From assembly GCA_977017575.1 (NCBI GenBank), contig CDRNVI010000200.1:4133-68132 (forward strand): 64,000 nt of DNA. Direction: 5' to 3'. This DNA is from Paramoeba atlantica (Eukaryota; Protista; Discosea). The notes beneath the pieces were generated by a model. The model had not been told where the DNA came from. It searched no databases and saw only the letters and a list, made by a program, of their open reading frames with translations. A program made the position numbers and the translations under genes. Of the stretch, positions 32,348-44,300 are shown one piece after another (within the stretch, counting starts at the first letter, position 1; every line of letters begins with the position of its first letter).

Positions 32348-35300
32348 CTAATCCTCAATTTCTTCAAGATAAACTTTTCGAATCTGTTCTTGCCAAACTT
32401 GCCCAAAACCAGCAGAATTCAAATACTGAGAAACAGAGCCATATCTTGATCGAATAAATTCAAGTGTTCGTCGCATCACGTCGGGTGGTGTTCCTTCAAA
32501 TTCTTCATTTAACCCAACTCCAACCATATCTCTGTTGATTTTCATCAATTTAGAAAAACTTTTTCTCAAATATTTTCTCAAAAAAATGATAATAATAATA
32601 AGAAAAAATGAATGGATGAGAAAGAAAAGAAAATTCATACGAATGAACAAGATCAGAAATTGGAAAAAGCCTCCATTCACTCAACCGATATTCATAAATC
32701 AAAGCCTCTTCTTCAACTCCCAAACAAGACAAAACACTCATTGCAATCAACCCAGTCCGATCTTTTCCATGTTGACAAAAGAAAAGAACTGGTTGAATAT
32801 TTGGCGAAGCTAGGATCTTTAATATGGAACAGATTTCTTCTTTGCAGGATTCGATCATCATTTCGTACATTTGGGGCATTCCCACTCTATGTGAGAGAAT
32901 GGAAAAAGAAAAAACATTGAGGAGAAAAAAGAGAGAAATAAGAAAGAGACAAAGACATGGAAAAAAAAAAGAGAATAGAAAATAGAAAAGGAAGAAAAAA
33001 ATTTTCAAGAAAACGATGAAAAGAAAAAAAAAGAAAAAACCGATTCAAAACATGACCAGAAACTGCTTGCTTCGCTTCAACTCGATTTCCTATTTGAAAA
33101 AAAGGGGTCATCAAAAGGAAAACAAACAAAATATTCAATCAAATAACAAAAAAATTGAATGAATTGAACAAAAATAAGAATAAAAAATAATAAAAGACCT
33201 CTCACAAATTTCTTTCCAGCTTTTGCATAATTCGAAAGAGGAGTAATTCGAACCATCTCACGCACAAAACCACTGCCAACAACAGAACACAAAAAACATC
33301 TTTTTTCAGTTTGATCGATTTTTGGCTTTGGTGTTGGAGTCCTGAGAGTTGATGTTTTTTAGAGTTTAAATATTTTTTGATTAAAAAAGCGAAATTAAAG
33401 AAAACAAAAAATGATCATCACAAGCTTATTATTAAGCAGATGAATAATTGACAACGAAAAAACGAACAAAAGGGGTAATCGCAAAAACAAAAGAAATAAA
33501 GAGAATAATGAAAGAAAGAAAAGAAAAGAAAGAAAGAAAAATAAAGAACAAAATACCTTCGAGTGACCCTGGGAGAAGTGGAGCGAGTAAAAGCCTTCTT
33601 TGCAGATAAAGACCTCTCCTTCTTCTTCAAAACCAAACCAGACCCAGACACAGGAGAAGGAGTCGGAGAAGTAGAAGACGGAGAAGAAGAAAGAGGAGAA
33701 GGAGAGAGAGAACTTGAAGAAGGAGTTCGTATACCTTTAGGAGGAGAAGAAGAAGGTTCTGATCCATTCGAATTTGATTTCTCATCAGAAGATAATGTTA
33801 ATTTTGTTTCCTCGGGTGTATTTATGTGTGGAACAAAATTTGGAGAAGAAGAGGTACAAATTGAAGAAGTAGAAGACCAATCAACTGAACTTTGTTTCTC
33901 AGGGGCTTGTGGCATTGAGGGAGAAGAAAATGAAAGCTCAGGACAACCATTTGGAGAGGGGAGATTTGTGTGGATTGTTGAGGATAAATCTTTCGTGAAA
34001 TGTGATTTTTGTTTGTCAGTTTGGATGTTGAAGTATTTTCGGAATGCTCCAATTCGCCCGAGTTGTTCTCCATATCTTAAATCTAAACAAAAAAAAATTT
34101 GCAAATATTTCAACATATGTTTCTTTTTTTGTTTCACATTTGGATCTCAAAAGATCTTAAATTAAAAAAAAAAAAAGAGAGAATCAAAAACAAACCAACA
34201 AGAGTTTTAACTTTCAGAGTTTCAACAACATATTTAATATCATCTTCATTTAACATTCGATCAACAGCCGAGGATCGAAACAAAGTCAACTCTTTAAAAC
34301 GATATCTGTGTTTCATAAAAATGAGAGAAAAATAAGTCGAACAAACAATTTTTGAAAAAACCAATCCCAAAAAAAAAAGAAATAAATGATGAAATTAACT
34401 CTTTCAAAAAAAAAAAGAAAAAAAAAAAAAGAAAAATCAAAACCTTTTCCCATCAATAACAATGGGACTATAAGTAGAATAACAACCAGACCCCCCTCCC
34501 CCAAAAACAGAACGAAAATTGGGATGAGTAATAAAAGGTTCAAAATCATCATCCTCCCTCTCTTCTGGCAAACCAAAATACCTCTTCTCTTTCCTCTCTT
34601 TCTTTACAGAATTCGAGCGAGTAAAAAGAAGATCTCCATCATATGATTTGGAAATTCGTCGATCTGGGAGTTGTCGATTTGGAGGAACTCCGTTTCCTTT
34701 TGGAGAAAGGTTTGCTGCTCTCCATTCTCCGCTGTCAAATAGATCGTGGTGTGGAGTTGAAATTGTTCTTAACGTTCCCAAGATTAATTGTCTTTTTTCT
34801 TCACCTTTCTCAACGGGTGTGCCAAAGAGGACCTTTTTTTTGTCTTCTTTTCTTTCTTGTTCTTGTTCTTCTTCTTCTTCCTTTGATTTCGCCACTCTTC
34901 CTCCTCCTTTCCCTTCTCCTTCGTCTCCCACTTCCAAAAAATCCTCCTCAGAACCCCCCTCACCACTGACTTCCTCCCCCTCAAAACTAACAGAACAATA
35001 ACACTCATTATTACAAGGCGAACCAGGACAATGAAAATGATGATGATGCAATTCCAGAGCACCAAACGCTTTAGCTCTTTCGTTCATATAAAAATGATGA
35101 TGATGTCCTGCGTTAATGTATGATGTGTAACATGGTTCCATTAGTTCATGGAATGGTGTTCTTGATTTGGTTGGTAGTTGCTTTTGTCTTGGTGATTGTT
35201 TGAGTTGCTTGGATGATTGATTGGGTAATTGTTGGGGTGATTGTTTGGGGGATTGGTCGGGTAATTCAATTTTTTGTCCAGAGGATTCATTTGGTGATTG

Positions 35301-36160
35301 TAAGGTATCTGAGTATTGATAGTTTTTTGAGGGTTCTCCTGTGGAGAGATTTTGTTCTGAGGATTCATTTGGTGATTGTAAGGCATCTGAGTATCGGTAT
35401 TGTTTTGTAGTTGTTGTTCTTTCTGGTGTTAAATTTCGTTTTGGTGAGTGTGATTTTTGTTGTTTTGGTGAGTGTGAGTGTTGATGTTTTGGTGAATGTT
35501 GTTGTTGTTTTGATGATTGTGCTTTTTGTTCTGGTAATTGTAATTGTATTGGGGGGTGTTGTTTAGATTTCTCTTCTTTCTTCTCATCGCTCTTTTCTCG
35601 TTCTCCTTTTTTTACTTTCTTTTTCTTTTCTCTTTTCTCCTTCTCAGTTTCTTGCTCTTTCTCATTTCCTTTCTCATTTTCTTTCTCTTTCTCTTGCTCT
35701 TGCTCTTGCTCTTGCTCTTTCTCGTTTTCTTTCTCATTTTCTTTCTCTTTCTCTTTCTCAGTTTCTTTCTCTTTCTCTTGCTCTTGCTCTTGCTCTTTCT
35801 CGTTTTCTTTCTCATTTTCTTTCTCATTTTCTTTCTCTTTCTCTTTCTCTTTCTCATTCTCTTTCTCATTCTTTTTCTCTTTCTCATTTTCTTTCTCTTT
35901 CTCTTCCTCTTTCTCTTTCTCAGTTTCTTTCTCCTTCTCTTTCTCTTTCTCAGTTTCTTTCTCCTCTTTCTCAGTCTCTTTCTCTTTTTCTTCTCCATTT
36001 TTTTTCTCATCAACATCATCACCATCATCATCAAAATAAAGATCAGAATCATCAGAATCATCACTTTCATCATACACATCACACGTTCCTTCATCGAAAG
36101 TTTGCCGACTGAGACTGCGAAGTAAAGCTCGACCATCTTCACAGCTCTTAAGTAAATCCT
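32348..36160 (-). CDS. Large protein with acidic/KE-repeat and His-rich N-terminal half and C-terminal tyrosine-phosphatase-like (HCxxGKDRTG family) domain
   Basis: The long exon ~36158-34440 ends ...HPNFRSVFG. Later exons give LFRSS...VETLKVKTL, LDLRYGE, VLFFCQHGKDRTG and SRYGSVSQYLNSAGF...EEIED*. These are the NFR / LFRS / DLR / CxxGKDRTG motifs in the expected order. The 5' end may lie further upstream (~36500). Confidence 0.7.
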
Positions 36161-36952
36161 GGGAAAAGGAGATAAGAAAGAGAAAGAGGAGGAGAGGAGG
36201 AGAGGAGAGAGAGAGAGAAAGAAGAGGAGAAAAAGAAGTGGATCATCCAAAATATCTCTACTTATCTTTTATCAGAATCAAAGGTGCGAAAGAAGAGAAG
36301 AGACTTTTGCAAGTTTTGCTTCAAATGAGAAAAAGAAAGACCATCTCTTCCAAAGGAAAGTTTCTTTCTCAAACTCCTTTTTCATCCTTTTTTCTTTTTC
36401 TAATCTTAGCACCCCCTTTTCTTGATGAAAAATTTCTTACCTCCATCTTTAAGTCCGACATTTTCACACAACCTCCCGATTTTAACTCCAAACACAAAAG
36501 GAAGAAAGAGAAGCAAAAAAGAAGATAAAAGGAGTTGTTCTTTCAAAATCAAAGCGCAAAAAAGCGATCCCCTCCCCACAAAAAAAGGAACTCGATGAAA
36601 AAGACAATTGCCCTCAAAAAAAGAGAAAAATAAAGTTTTGTTGGTGTGACCAACTTTTTTTGCTGCTCAAAGTCTCCATCACTATCTTCTCGGATTCTCA
36701 CAATCACTCCAAAATTTTTTCGCGTTTTTTTTTTGAAAAAACTCTGTCGTTTCGTTTGGGCAAAAAGAAACAATCTTTCCAGGAAAAGGTTGAAAAGAAA
36801 AAGGTTGAAAAGGAAAAGGTTGAAAAGGAAAAGGTTGAAAAGGGAATCAAAAAAAAGGTTGAAAAGGAAAAGAGGTCAAGGGGAAAAAGCTCAATCAAAG
36901 GAAGTTCAAAGAACAAAGAAGAGAGAAAACAAAAGATTTCCTTAAGGAAAAG

Positions 36953-38306
36953 ATGGGAAACAAAACTCGAGCGAATCAAATCGGAAATGAGGTTCGAAAA
37001 CAAGTAAAACAAGACCAAAATGATTTATACAATCGTTGGTTTTGGTACATTGTCCTTCCTTTTCTCTTAATTTATCTCTCTTTTGCTCTCTTTAATTCTC
37101 ATCAAGCTTTTCCTCTTGAGGATGAGGGAGAGAAAAGAGAGGGAGAGGGAGAGAATGGAGTTTTGATGACTATTGCGAGAGACAGTCTTTTAAAAATGAA
37201 GTTTGTTTTTCTTTTTCTTTTTCTTTTCTCTTTTTTATTTTTCTTTTTGAATAACTCAAAAACTCTTTCTTTTTTTGAGTCTGTTGAGCACCTTTCAAAA
37301 GGATTTTTTAAAACAAAAAAGAAAATTAAAGAAACGAAAAACAGAGTAACAGGAGAATTTCCTGATTGGGCTCGAAACCTCCATGCTTATGCTGGAATGT
37401 TATTGGTCTTAGGATGTCTCATTCAGAAACAGACAATTTTTCATTTCAATAATGCAGGTTTAAATTATTTCTGAATGGATTTTCAGTCAATTTTCTCTTT
37501 CCCAAAACCTTACCACTAAGAAGAAAAGAAAGCCTCTTTCAAAGAAATTTCTCCTTTTTTGTGGGGTTTTGGTCTTCTTAGACACAGAAAAGTTGGGAAA
37601 GTTTTTAATTTTGTATTACTTTCTTCATTTCTTTCTTTCCATTTGTTGAATTTTTTTATGGTTAAAAGACTGGAGAATGGCACATAGAGTCGGTGGATAT
37701 GGTCTCATTCTTTTAATTGGATTGATGGCTCTTGGAGGATATCGAATGGGATCTTTTTCAACTCTTGAAAATTTTGAGTTTTGATATTTTTTTTTGTCTT
37801 TTCTTTTTTTCCATTTTACCAAAATCTTTTTGAAGAGCTGAAAAATTCTCCTCTCTCTAACATCTTCTTTAGTTTTTTTATTGTCTTATTTGCTGCCCCA
37901 TGGGCAACTTGGTTTGTTTTACTTCTTTGGAGTGTTGGAAAAAAAGAATATGTTGCAACTCACAGGTCAAGTCTTTTTGTGATAAAAACAAAAAATATTG
38001 TTGATCTAATGGGGAATCTTTAGAATGTTGGGTAATATGGTTCTTAAAGGTTGTGTTGCCGTTCCCATTTCTCGATTAGCTGGTGCTTATTTACAGGTTT
38101 GAAACCATTTCTTTATTAAAGAAGAGAATGAAAATTTTCTTCTTAAAACATCAAAAATCTTCTGTCTTTGTTTGGAGTAACTTTTATCATAGAGAGCTGG
38201 GTTTGATGAAGCAAATGGTTACTACACTGGAATTGCGGGTACTACCGTTCTCATTGGAGTTTGGGAAATATATGAAATGTATCTCTGGTGGACAGGAAAG
38301 GGTTAA
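36953..38306 (+). CDS. Multi-pass membrane protein with conserved-looking His residues (DUF2306-like)
   Basis: Spliced hydrophobic segments: WFWYIVLPFLLIYLSFAL; NLHAYAGMLLVLGCLIQ; WRMAHRVGGYGLILLIGLMALGGY; VATHR; GYYTGIAGTTVLIGVWEIYEMYLWWTGKG*. Family assignment is by motif resemblance only. Confidence 0.5.
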
Positions 38307-38347
38307 AGAATAAAAAAGGAAAAGGCAACATCCCAAAAAAAAATGTT

Positions 38348-41001
38348 TGGTGGAAAACTCAAAACGAATTTGTCAAAACAATAATCAATCCCATTTACCC
38401 ACCGATGGCATTTCTTTTTCGCAGTTCCAACATACACAAAAATAAGGGAAAAATCATACCAGCAATGAAGGAGAGAATTAAGATGGAGCCGGAGATAATG
38501 AGAGTGATGAAAATGAAAATGAGAAGGAAAAGAAAAAGAATTGTTTATTCTCACTTTGTTCCTCTTCCTTCTCCACACTACGGACAAAAGTCCAATCTTG
38601 GATTTCAACAGCCTAATTATTGCGTGCGAAATATTCATGGACATATCAACGCCAAAAAACATGGAGGTATATTAGAACAACCTCCATATCTGTGATTCAG
38701 AATTGCCCTCTTTTGTCAAATGGTTATTTTCGTGTGTGTCGGAACTGAAAAAAGGGCTCACCTGAGGGGGAGCATCTTGGCTGACTGAGTCTTTTTTAGT
38801 CACCCTCACCATCACCATTCAAAAAAGATCTCAAATTCTCCTTTGTGATAAGTTCCCACATCACAGTTGAGGAGCCCTAAATTGAAAAAATGAGCTTGAC
38901 AAATTCAAAGAGACACGATTAAAAAAAAACCTGAGAGATCTCGTGAATGCATTGTGGGTTAATATTTGCCAGAGAATCACAAGATTGATGATAACAAGGA
39001 TCCGCATTGACTGTTTCAATGGTAATCAGAACAATAATTTTGGAAAATCAAAAAAAAAACAAGTTCATTTCAATCCCCCTCCAAAAAAAAAAAAAAAAAC
39101 TATTTGCTATTCCTCCATAAATATCACGAAATTCGCTCGTCATCATCTTTGCCGCACCCGATCCTAAACCAGATGAAGAGATATTGTTCTCGACAAAGGG
39201 GGCAAAATCGGACCCGGTTTGAAACCGGCCCGCTCCAATGGGAATATTTCTCTCTCCAAAATAATTCCGGAGCATCTCCGTCACAATAACACCCCCTTCC
39301 AAGACATTCACCGCGTTTGAGGCATTTCCGACTGCAATTATATAATTTGGAGAACCCACCATATCGTGGTTGAGATAAATACCAATTCGATCCCGCTCTT
39401 CTTGTGGAAGATGTCGCACATAATAATATGATCCCAATTTACCTTCTTCCTCAGCACCCCACCACGCAAATCGAGCCTTATTGACAATTTTATGTCGAAT
39501 TTTGTCAAGTTGAAGGGCTAATTCTAACACCGTAGCACTCCCACTCCCGTTATCATTGATTCCAGGACCTGCTGGAACAGAATCGAGATGAGCCCCCCCA
39601 AAGACAATGAGTCCATCTTCTTTTCCTTCCTTTGTCTCTGCAAAGACATTGAAAGTGGCAGGAATTTGGACTGAGGAATTTGTAAATATATCAACAAAGG
39701 CTTCGGTGTCAAAAAATATATTACGGAGTGTTGTGGTAATTGACAGGACCGGAATTTGGATTATACGATCGCCTGGTTCGTTCCAATCTCGGATTCTTGA
39801 ATCTGATAAAGTATCTGCCCAATGAAACATTGCTACGGCTTTCGCATTTTCGCTCAATGCTGCCTGTTCAAACAAACTACAGTTAAGAGTTTGAGGAACT
39901 AATGCCACTGCCCCCTCAACACCAATGTAGTCAGAAGCTTTACAACCTTCATTTTCAACACCCACAACTTGGATATTATTGAGTGTTTTCTCCCCATTCC
40001 CTCCATAACGCGGTTGACGAAAATCAGTGTCAAGAAGAAAAGGAATTGGGTCTCTCGAGGGATCTGAGCCTGGGAATACCTAAAGCATCAAATTATTATT
40101 TTACTCTTTTCTTAAGTGAATTTGAAAAAAATCTTTCTTTCTCAAACTAACTTCAACATGAAAGAAACTTTTCAGACAGACCTGCGAAAGGAGAGGGCGG
40201 CTCAACTCTTTGTAAGTAATCGCAAAAAAATTCTGTGTGGTAACGGTGAAAGAAGTCTTCTTTGTTAGCTGTTCAATCACATAAGCAGCGCTATCATTAT
40301 ACCCATATTCGACTGCACGAGAATTTGAATTTGCAATGGCAATCTCATCAAACTTTTGCAGATGCGCCATGATATTTGGCGCTGTGACAAGGGTTGCAAG
40401 GTCTTGGTTTGGAGCCAACTGAAAATAGGCAACAAGAACCAAACCGGCCCAAAAGATTGCCAAGAGAGCAACAAAACTCCCAATGACAAAGCGGGCTTTT
40501 GGATCTTCAAAAGAGCCCATTGTATTCTGCGTTCTATAATGAACACACCCAACCACAACCCGGTAAAAATTCGGGGTTTGTCCTCGTAAACAAAAACTCC
40601 CCTTTTTTAGGGAAACTACAGCCAAATGATGTCTCGAATTTTTCTGAGTTCAATGGCAATGGTTGGGCAAGCAAAAACAGAAATAAAATTTCGTTTACAA
40701 AACAAAAAGTGCGTTTTTTGTGGGTGTCCTTCAGGAAGAGACACCATAACTTTTGAGTGCAAATTGTTTGAAAATCAAATCATTCCAAAATGAGAATTTA
40801 GCTGTTTAACAAGAAAAGATGTCAGGGTTAAATTCAAATCATGTTTCTGATGTCAAAGAGTTCTTCATCGACGAATAATTCGTAGCAAAATATTCCCGGA
40901 CGACTTTGGCCCGAGTCAGAAAGGTGAAGAAAAAATGAATTTTCTCAAGATGAATTTTTCGAATGTGATGGAAAACTCAAAACGAATTTGTCAGAAACAA
41001 T
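38348..41001 (+). repeat. ~35-bp direct repeat pair (38348-38382 and 40966-41001)
   Basis: TGGAAAACTCAAAACGAATTTGTCA (25 bp) is identical at 38351 and 40969, extending to TG(G/A)...(G)AAACAAT. Confidence 0.8.
38796..40520 (-). CDS. M28-family metallo-aminopeptidase with PA domain and N-terminal membrane anchor
   Basis: Motifs GAHLDSVPAGPGINDNGSG, RFAWWGAEEEGKLGS, YLNHDMVGS, SDFAPF and DPCYHQSCD, with a PA-like insert. ATG is at 40520; the last exon ends ...DGEGD* at 38796. Confidence 0.9.
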
Positions 41002-41326
41002 TTTCGAAAAGCAGAAAGAATAAAGGAATGAATCTCGCAATGTGTCACAATCACTCCGTTTTTGCGGATTTGGAATTCGGAAGCTTGTTTTCCTTTTTCC
41101 TTTTTTTGGGAATTTGATTGGCTTTCCTTTTTTTTTTTTTCTTTTTCTTCTTTGACCTTTCTCCTTTTTCCTCTTTTCGGTTTCCTTCCCCTTTCTCTTT
41201 CTCTTCCCCCCCTTTTCTCTCTCTCTCTCCCTCTCCTTCCCCCCTCTTCCTCTTTCTAAAAAAACAAAAAAAGTTTGTTTTGTTCTTTTCCTCTCCTTTT
41301 CCTCGCTTGCGAGAAAGGAATCAAAG

Positions 41327-44300
41327 ATGGAGAAGGTTGAACAACTAAAATCTGAAATCGAGCAAATTAAGCTCGATATTCACAATCTAAAACAAAAGCT
41401 TCAGGTGAAAAAAGATGAATTGAAGGTTGCCAAAAAGAAGATGAGCGCAGGAAGTACAAAACATCCTCCAGCGGTTGAGAAGACAGAAGAAATTCTTCAG
41501 CATTCATTTGATATTCGAAAGTATGAGATGGAAAGACTTCTTCTTTTTGACCAACTCAGAGCCTCAGTATCAAGCCAAACCGCTGAACAAGACGAAGACA
41601 CCTCGCTCCTTCACGATTGTAATTGTTGCCAAGCCACAAAAATCGAGGAGGTTTTCACCTGTAAATCCTGCCAGCAACCTATCTGTGGGCCATGTATGAA
41701 TCGTCGACAATGTCACTTGTGTAATGGAAGAGAGAGTTGTCCTCGAAGAAAAATAACACCAGAGGAAACTCCCAAACAAGCAGCCGTCCCTCCCCTGAAG
41801 CCAGTCAGGAGAAGATCTATGGCTGAAACTCCAGAACCCCCTTCTCCAAGTTGGGTGAAAGGGCCTCACAAGACTCCTCGAAAACGAAAAACAACAAATT
41901 CTGTCGTTCTTGGAGATCAAAAGTTGTCTTCGCCACAAGCTCTTACTTCTTCTCCAACAACTACAATCTCTTCTGTAAGCACTTCTGAAGAAGCCTCACC
42001 GAGCCTCCCTCCCCAACAAGAAGAGGAACCAGATCTATTCTATGGAACAGACTCAGATAGAGAAGACAAGGACCTCTTTACCCCTTCTTCTTCACCACCT
42101 GCTTCACCACTTTCTCCAAAAAAATCATTTGGATTCGCTTATGCAATGCCAGATCTTGGGTACAGTGAGGTCCCCCCATCAAGGAAAACCTCGTTCAGTT
42201 TTAACTTTACAGGGACGGATGATGAGGAGGATGAAGATGATTTGATCTTACCTGGTGATGATGAGACTGGTGATGAGACTGGTGATTTGGTTTCTTATCC
42301 TCCTAAATCTTCAAAGAAAGAGAAGGTCTTTTTTTTCTCGCTTTTTTCTTTTTTTTATCACTTTTTTTCTTTTCAAAATTGATTGTGTCAAAAAAAAAAA
42401 AAAATCATTCAAAGAATTTAATCACAGTCAAGTTTTGGAGATTTTCAATTGAGTGGATCAGCTGACCAACAATGGTCAAATCGATTTCAACAATGCCTCC
42501 AGGTCTGTTGCTCTCTTTTCTGCTGTTTTTTGTTGAATCCAAAAATTCATCAGAGAAAAGAATGTTTCAGAACAAAAAAATATCTCCCAGTTTGAAACAA
42601 TTTTGTAACATTTTTTTATCAACAGAGACTCCAAGAGTTAAAAGATGAAACAGAACAAGAAAAAAGAGTACAAGCAAATACAGAATTAATGCATTTAAGT
42701 GAAGATTTTGTTGCTGCTTCTCGTGCAATTGGAAAAATGATTATTTCTGAAGTTTATCTTCCTCTTGAGGACAAGGTTTTTAGAATTTTCCCCAAAAAAA
42801 TTGATGAAAAATTTCTGTTGCTCTTTCTATTTCCTCTTTTCTCTTTGTTTCCTTTTCCATTATTCTCTCTTCTCTCTTCCTTTTCTCTCCTTTTTCTTTC
42901 TTTCCAATTTTGAGGAAATACCTTTTCAGGTCATCAAACCAATCACAGGAGGGATTGGTGGTTGTGCAGGTGGTGAAAAATATATTGTTCATAATATTCT
43001 CTTTAAATTTGCTTTGGATGTATTTGGTTTGTTTGGAGGCTCTGATCTTTCTGCTTCAAAAGGTGAAAAAAAAGATTTTCATTTTACTATTTTTAGTTTT
43101 GAAGAGAGAAAATGAAGAACAAAAGAGAAAAAGAAATCAAAAAAAACAGAGTCAGAGGAACCAAATCAAAGAGAAAAAAATTAAATTTGGTTACTCACAG
43201 TCGCGGGTCACGAATTAAAAGGTCTAATGACCTATTTTAGTGCTTTACGTGGTGTACATTTTCCTTTGATGACTCTTGTTGATTATCGTGGGTTTCGTCT
43301 TGTGGCAATGAGTGTTCTTCCTGTTGGGAAAGGTTTTTTGTCTTTTTGAAAAAAGAAAAGGAATTGAAGGGGATGAGATGGAATGATATTTGAAAAGAGG
43401 TAAAAAAATGATTAGAAAAGGGGGAAAGGGGACAACGAGGGGATAAATAAGAAACGAAAAAAAAAATTAAAAGAATTTAAAAGAATAAGGATCCCCAAAA
43501 TAAATGGAACAAAACAGATACATTAATCTACGGAACAAGCGACGCAGGAGCATCATATCATTATGATGAAGAATTTGGGAAAAAAATGTCAGAGGCTGCT
43601 ACTGCTCTCAATCTTCAAACTCATCTTTGTGGTTCTTCTTCTTCTCTTCTTTACAGGCTTTCTTCTGCTGCTGATATTGAGGGGCATTGGTATCCTTTTT
43701 TTTTTTTCCTTTTGGTGGTTTTTTTTATGGTGTTTTTGTGTTCTTTTCTGATGGTGTTTTTTAGTGAGTTTTTTTGATGGTGTTTTTTTTTAATTTTTTT
43801 GTTTCGTTTCATTCTTTTTTACTTTCTCATTTCTTCTCCTCTCACTCATATTTCTTTACAACCAGTGGTCGTGACGGAAATTTTTATTTGCTTGATTTTT
43901 CAAGAACAATGCCCCCTGTGACACCCCAAGCAGAATTATACTTCGCAGGACATTTATATAATTTGTTTCGACCTGAATTTGTTCGAAAAAGTCCTACCCC
44001 GCTTTGTCCTGATGCTTTTTCAGTAATTTTCTTTTTCTTTTTTATTTATTTTTTTCTGTTTAATTGAACTCATTTTTTCTCTCAAAAAAAAGGGATTTGT
44101 CATTCATGATCCTGAAGCCAAATCTTATAACAAAGATATTGAAGTTGCAACAATAAGACTTAAACAGAGAGTTATCCCACAGTATTGTCGAGCTCTTATG
44201 AATCGACAAGTATGTTTTTTCTTTTTTGTTTTTTGTTTTTATTTTGTTCTCGATCTCGATCTGGGGAATAACTGTTTATAAACAGCTTGAATTAAAAGAT

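Noticed and set aside
38288-38760. ORFs between the membrane-protein gene and the peptidase (both strands)
   Set aside because: No recognisable motif. The hydrophobic stretch is preceded by stops in its frame, and I could not build a consistent exon model.
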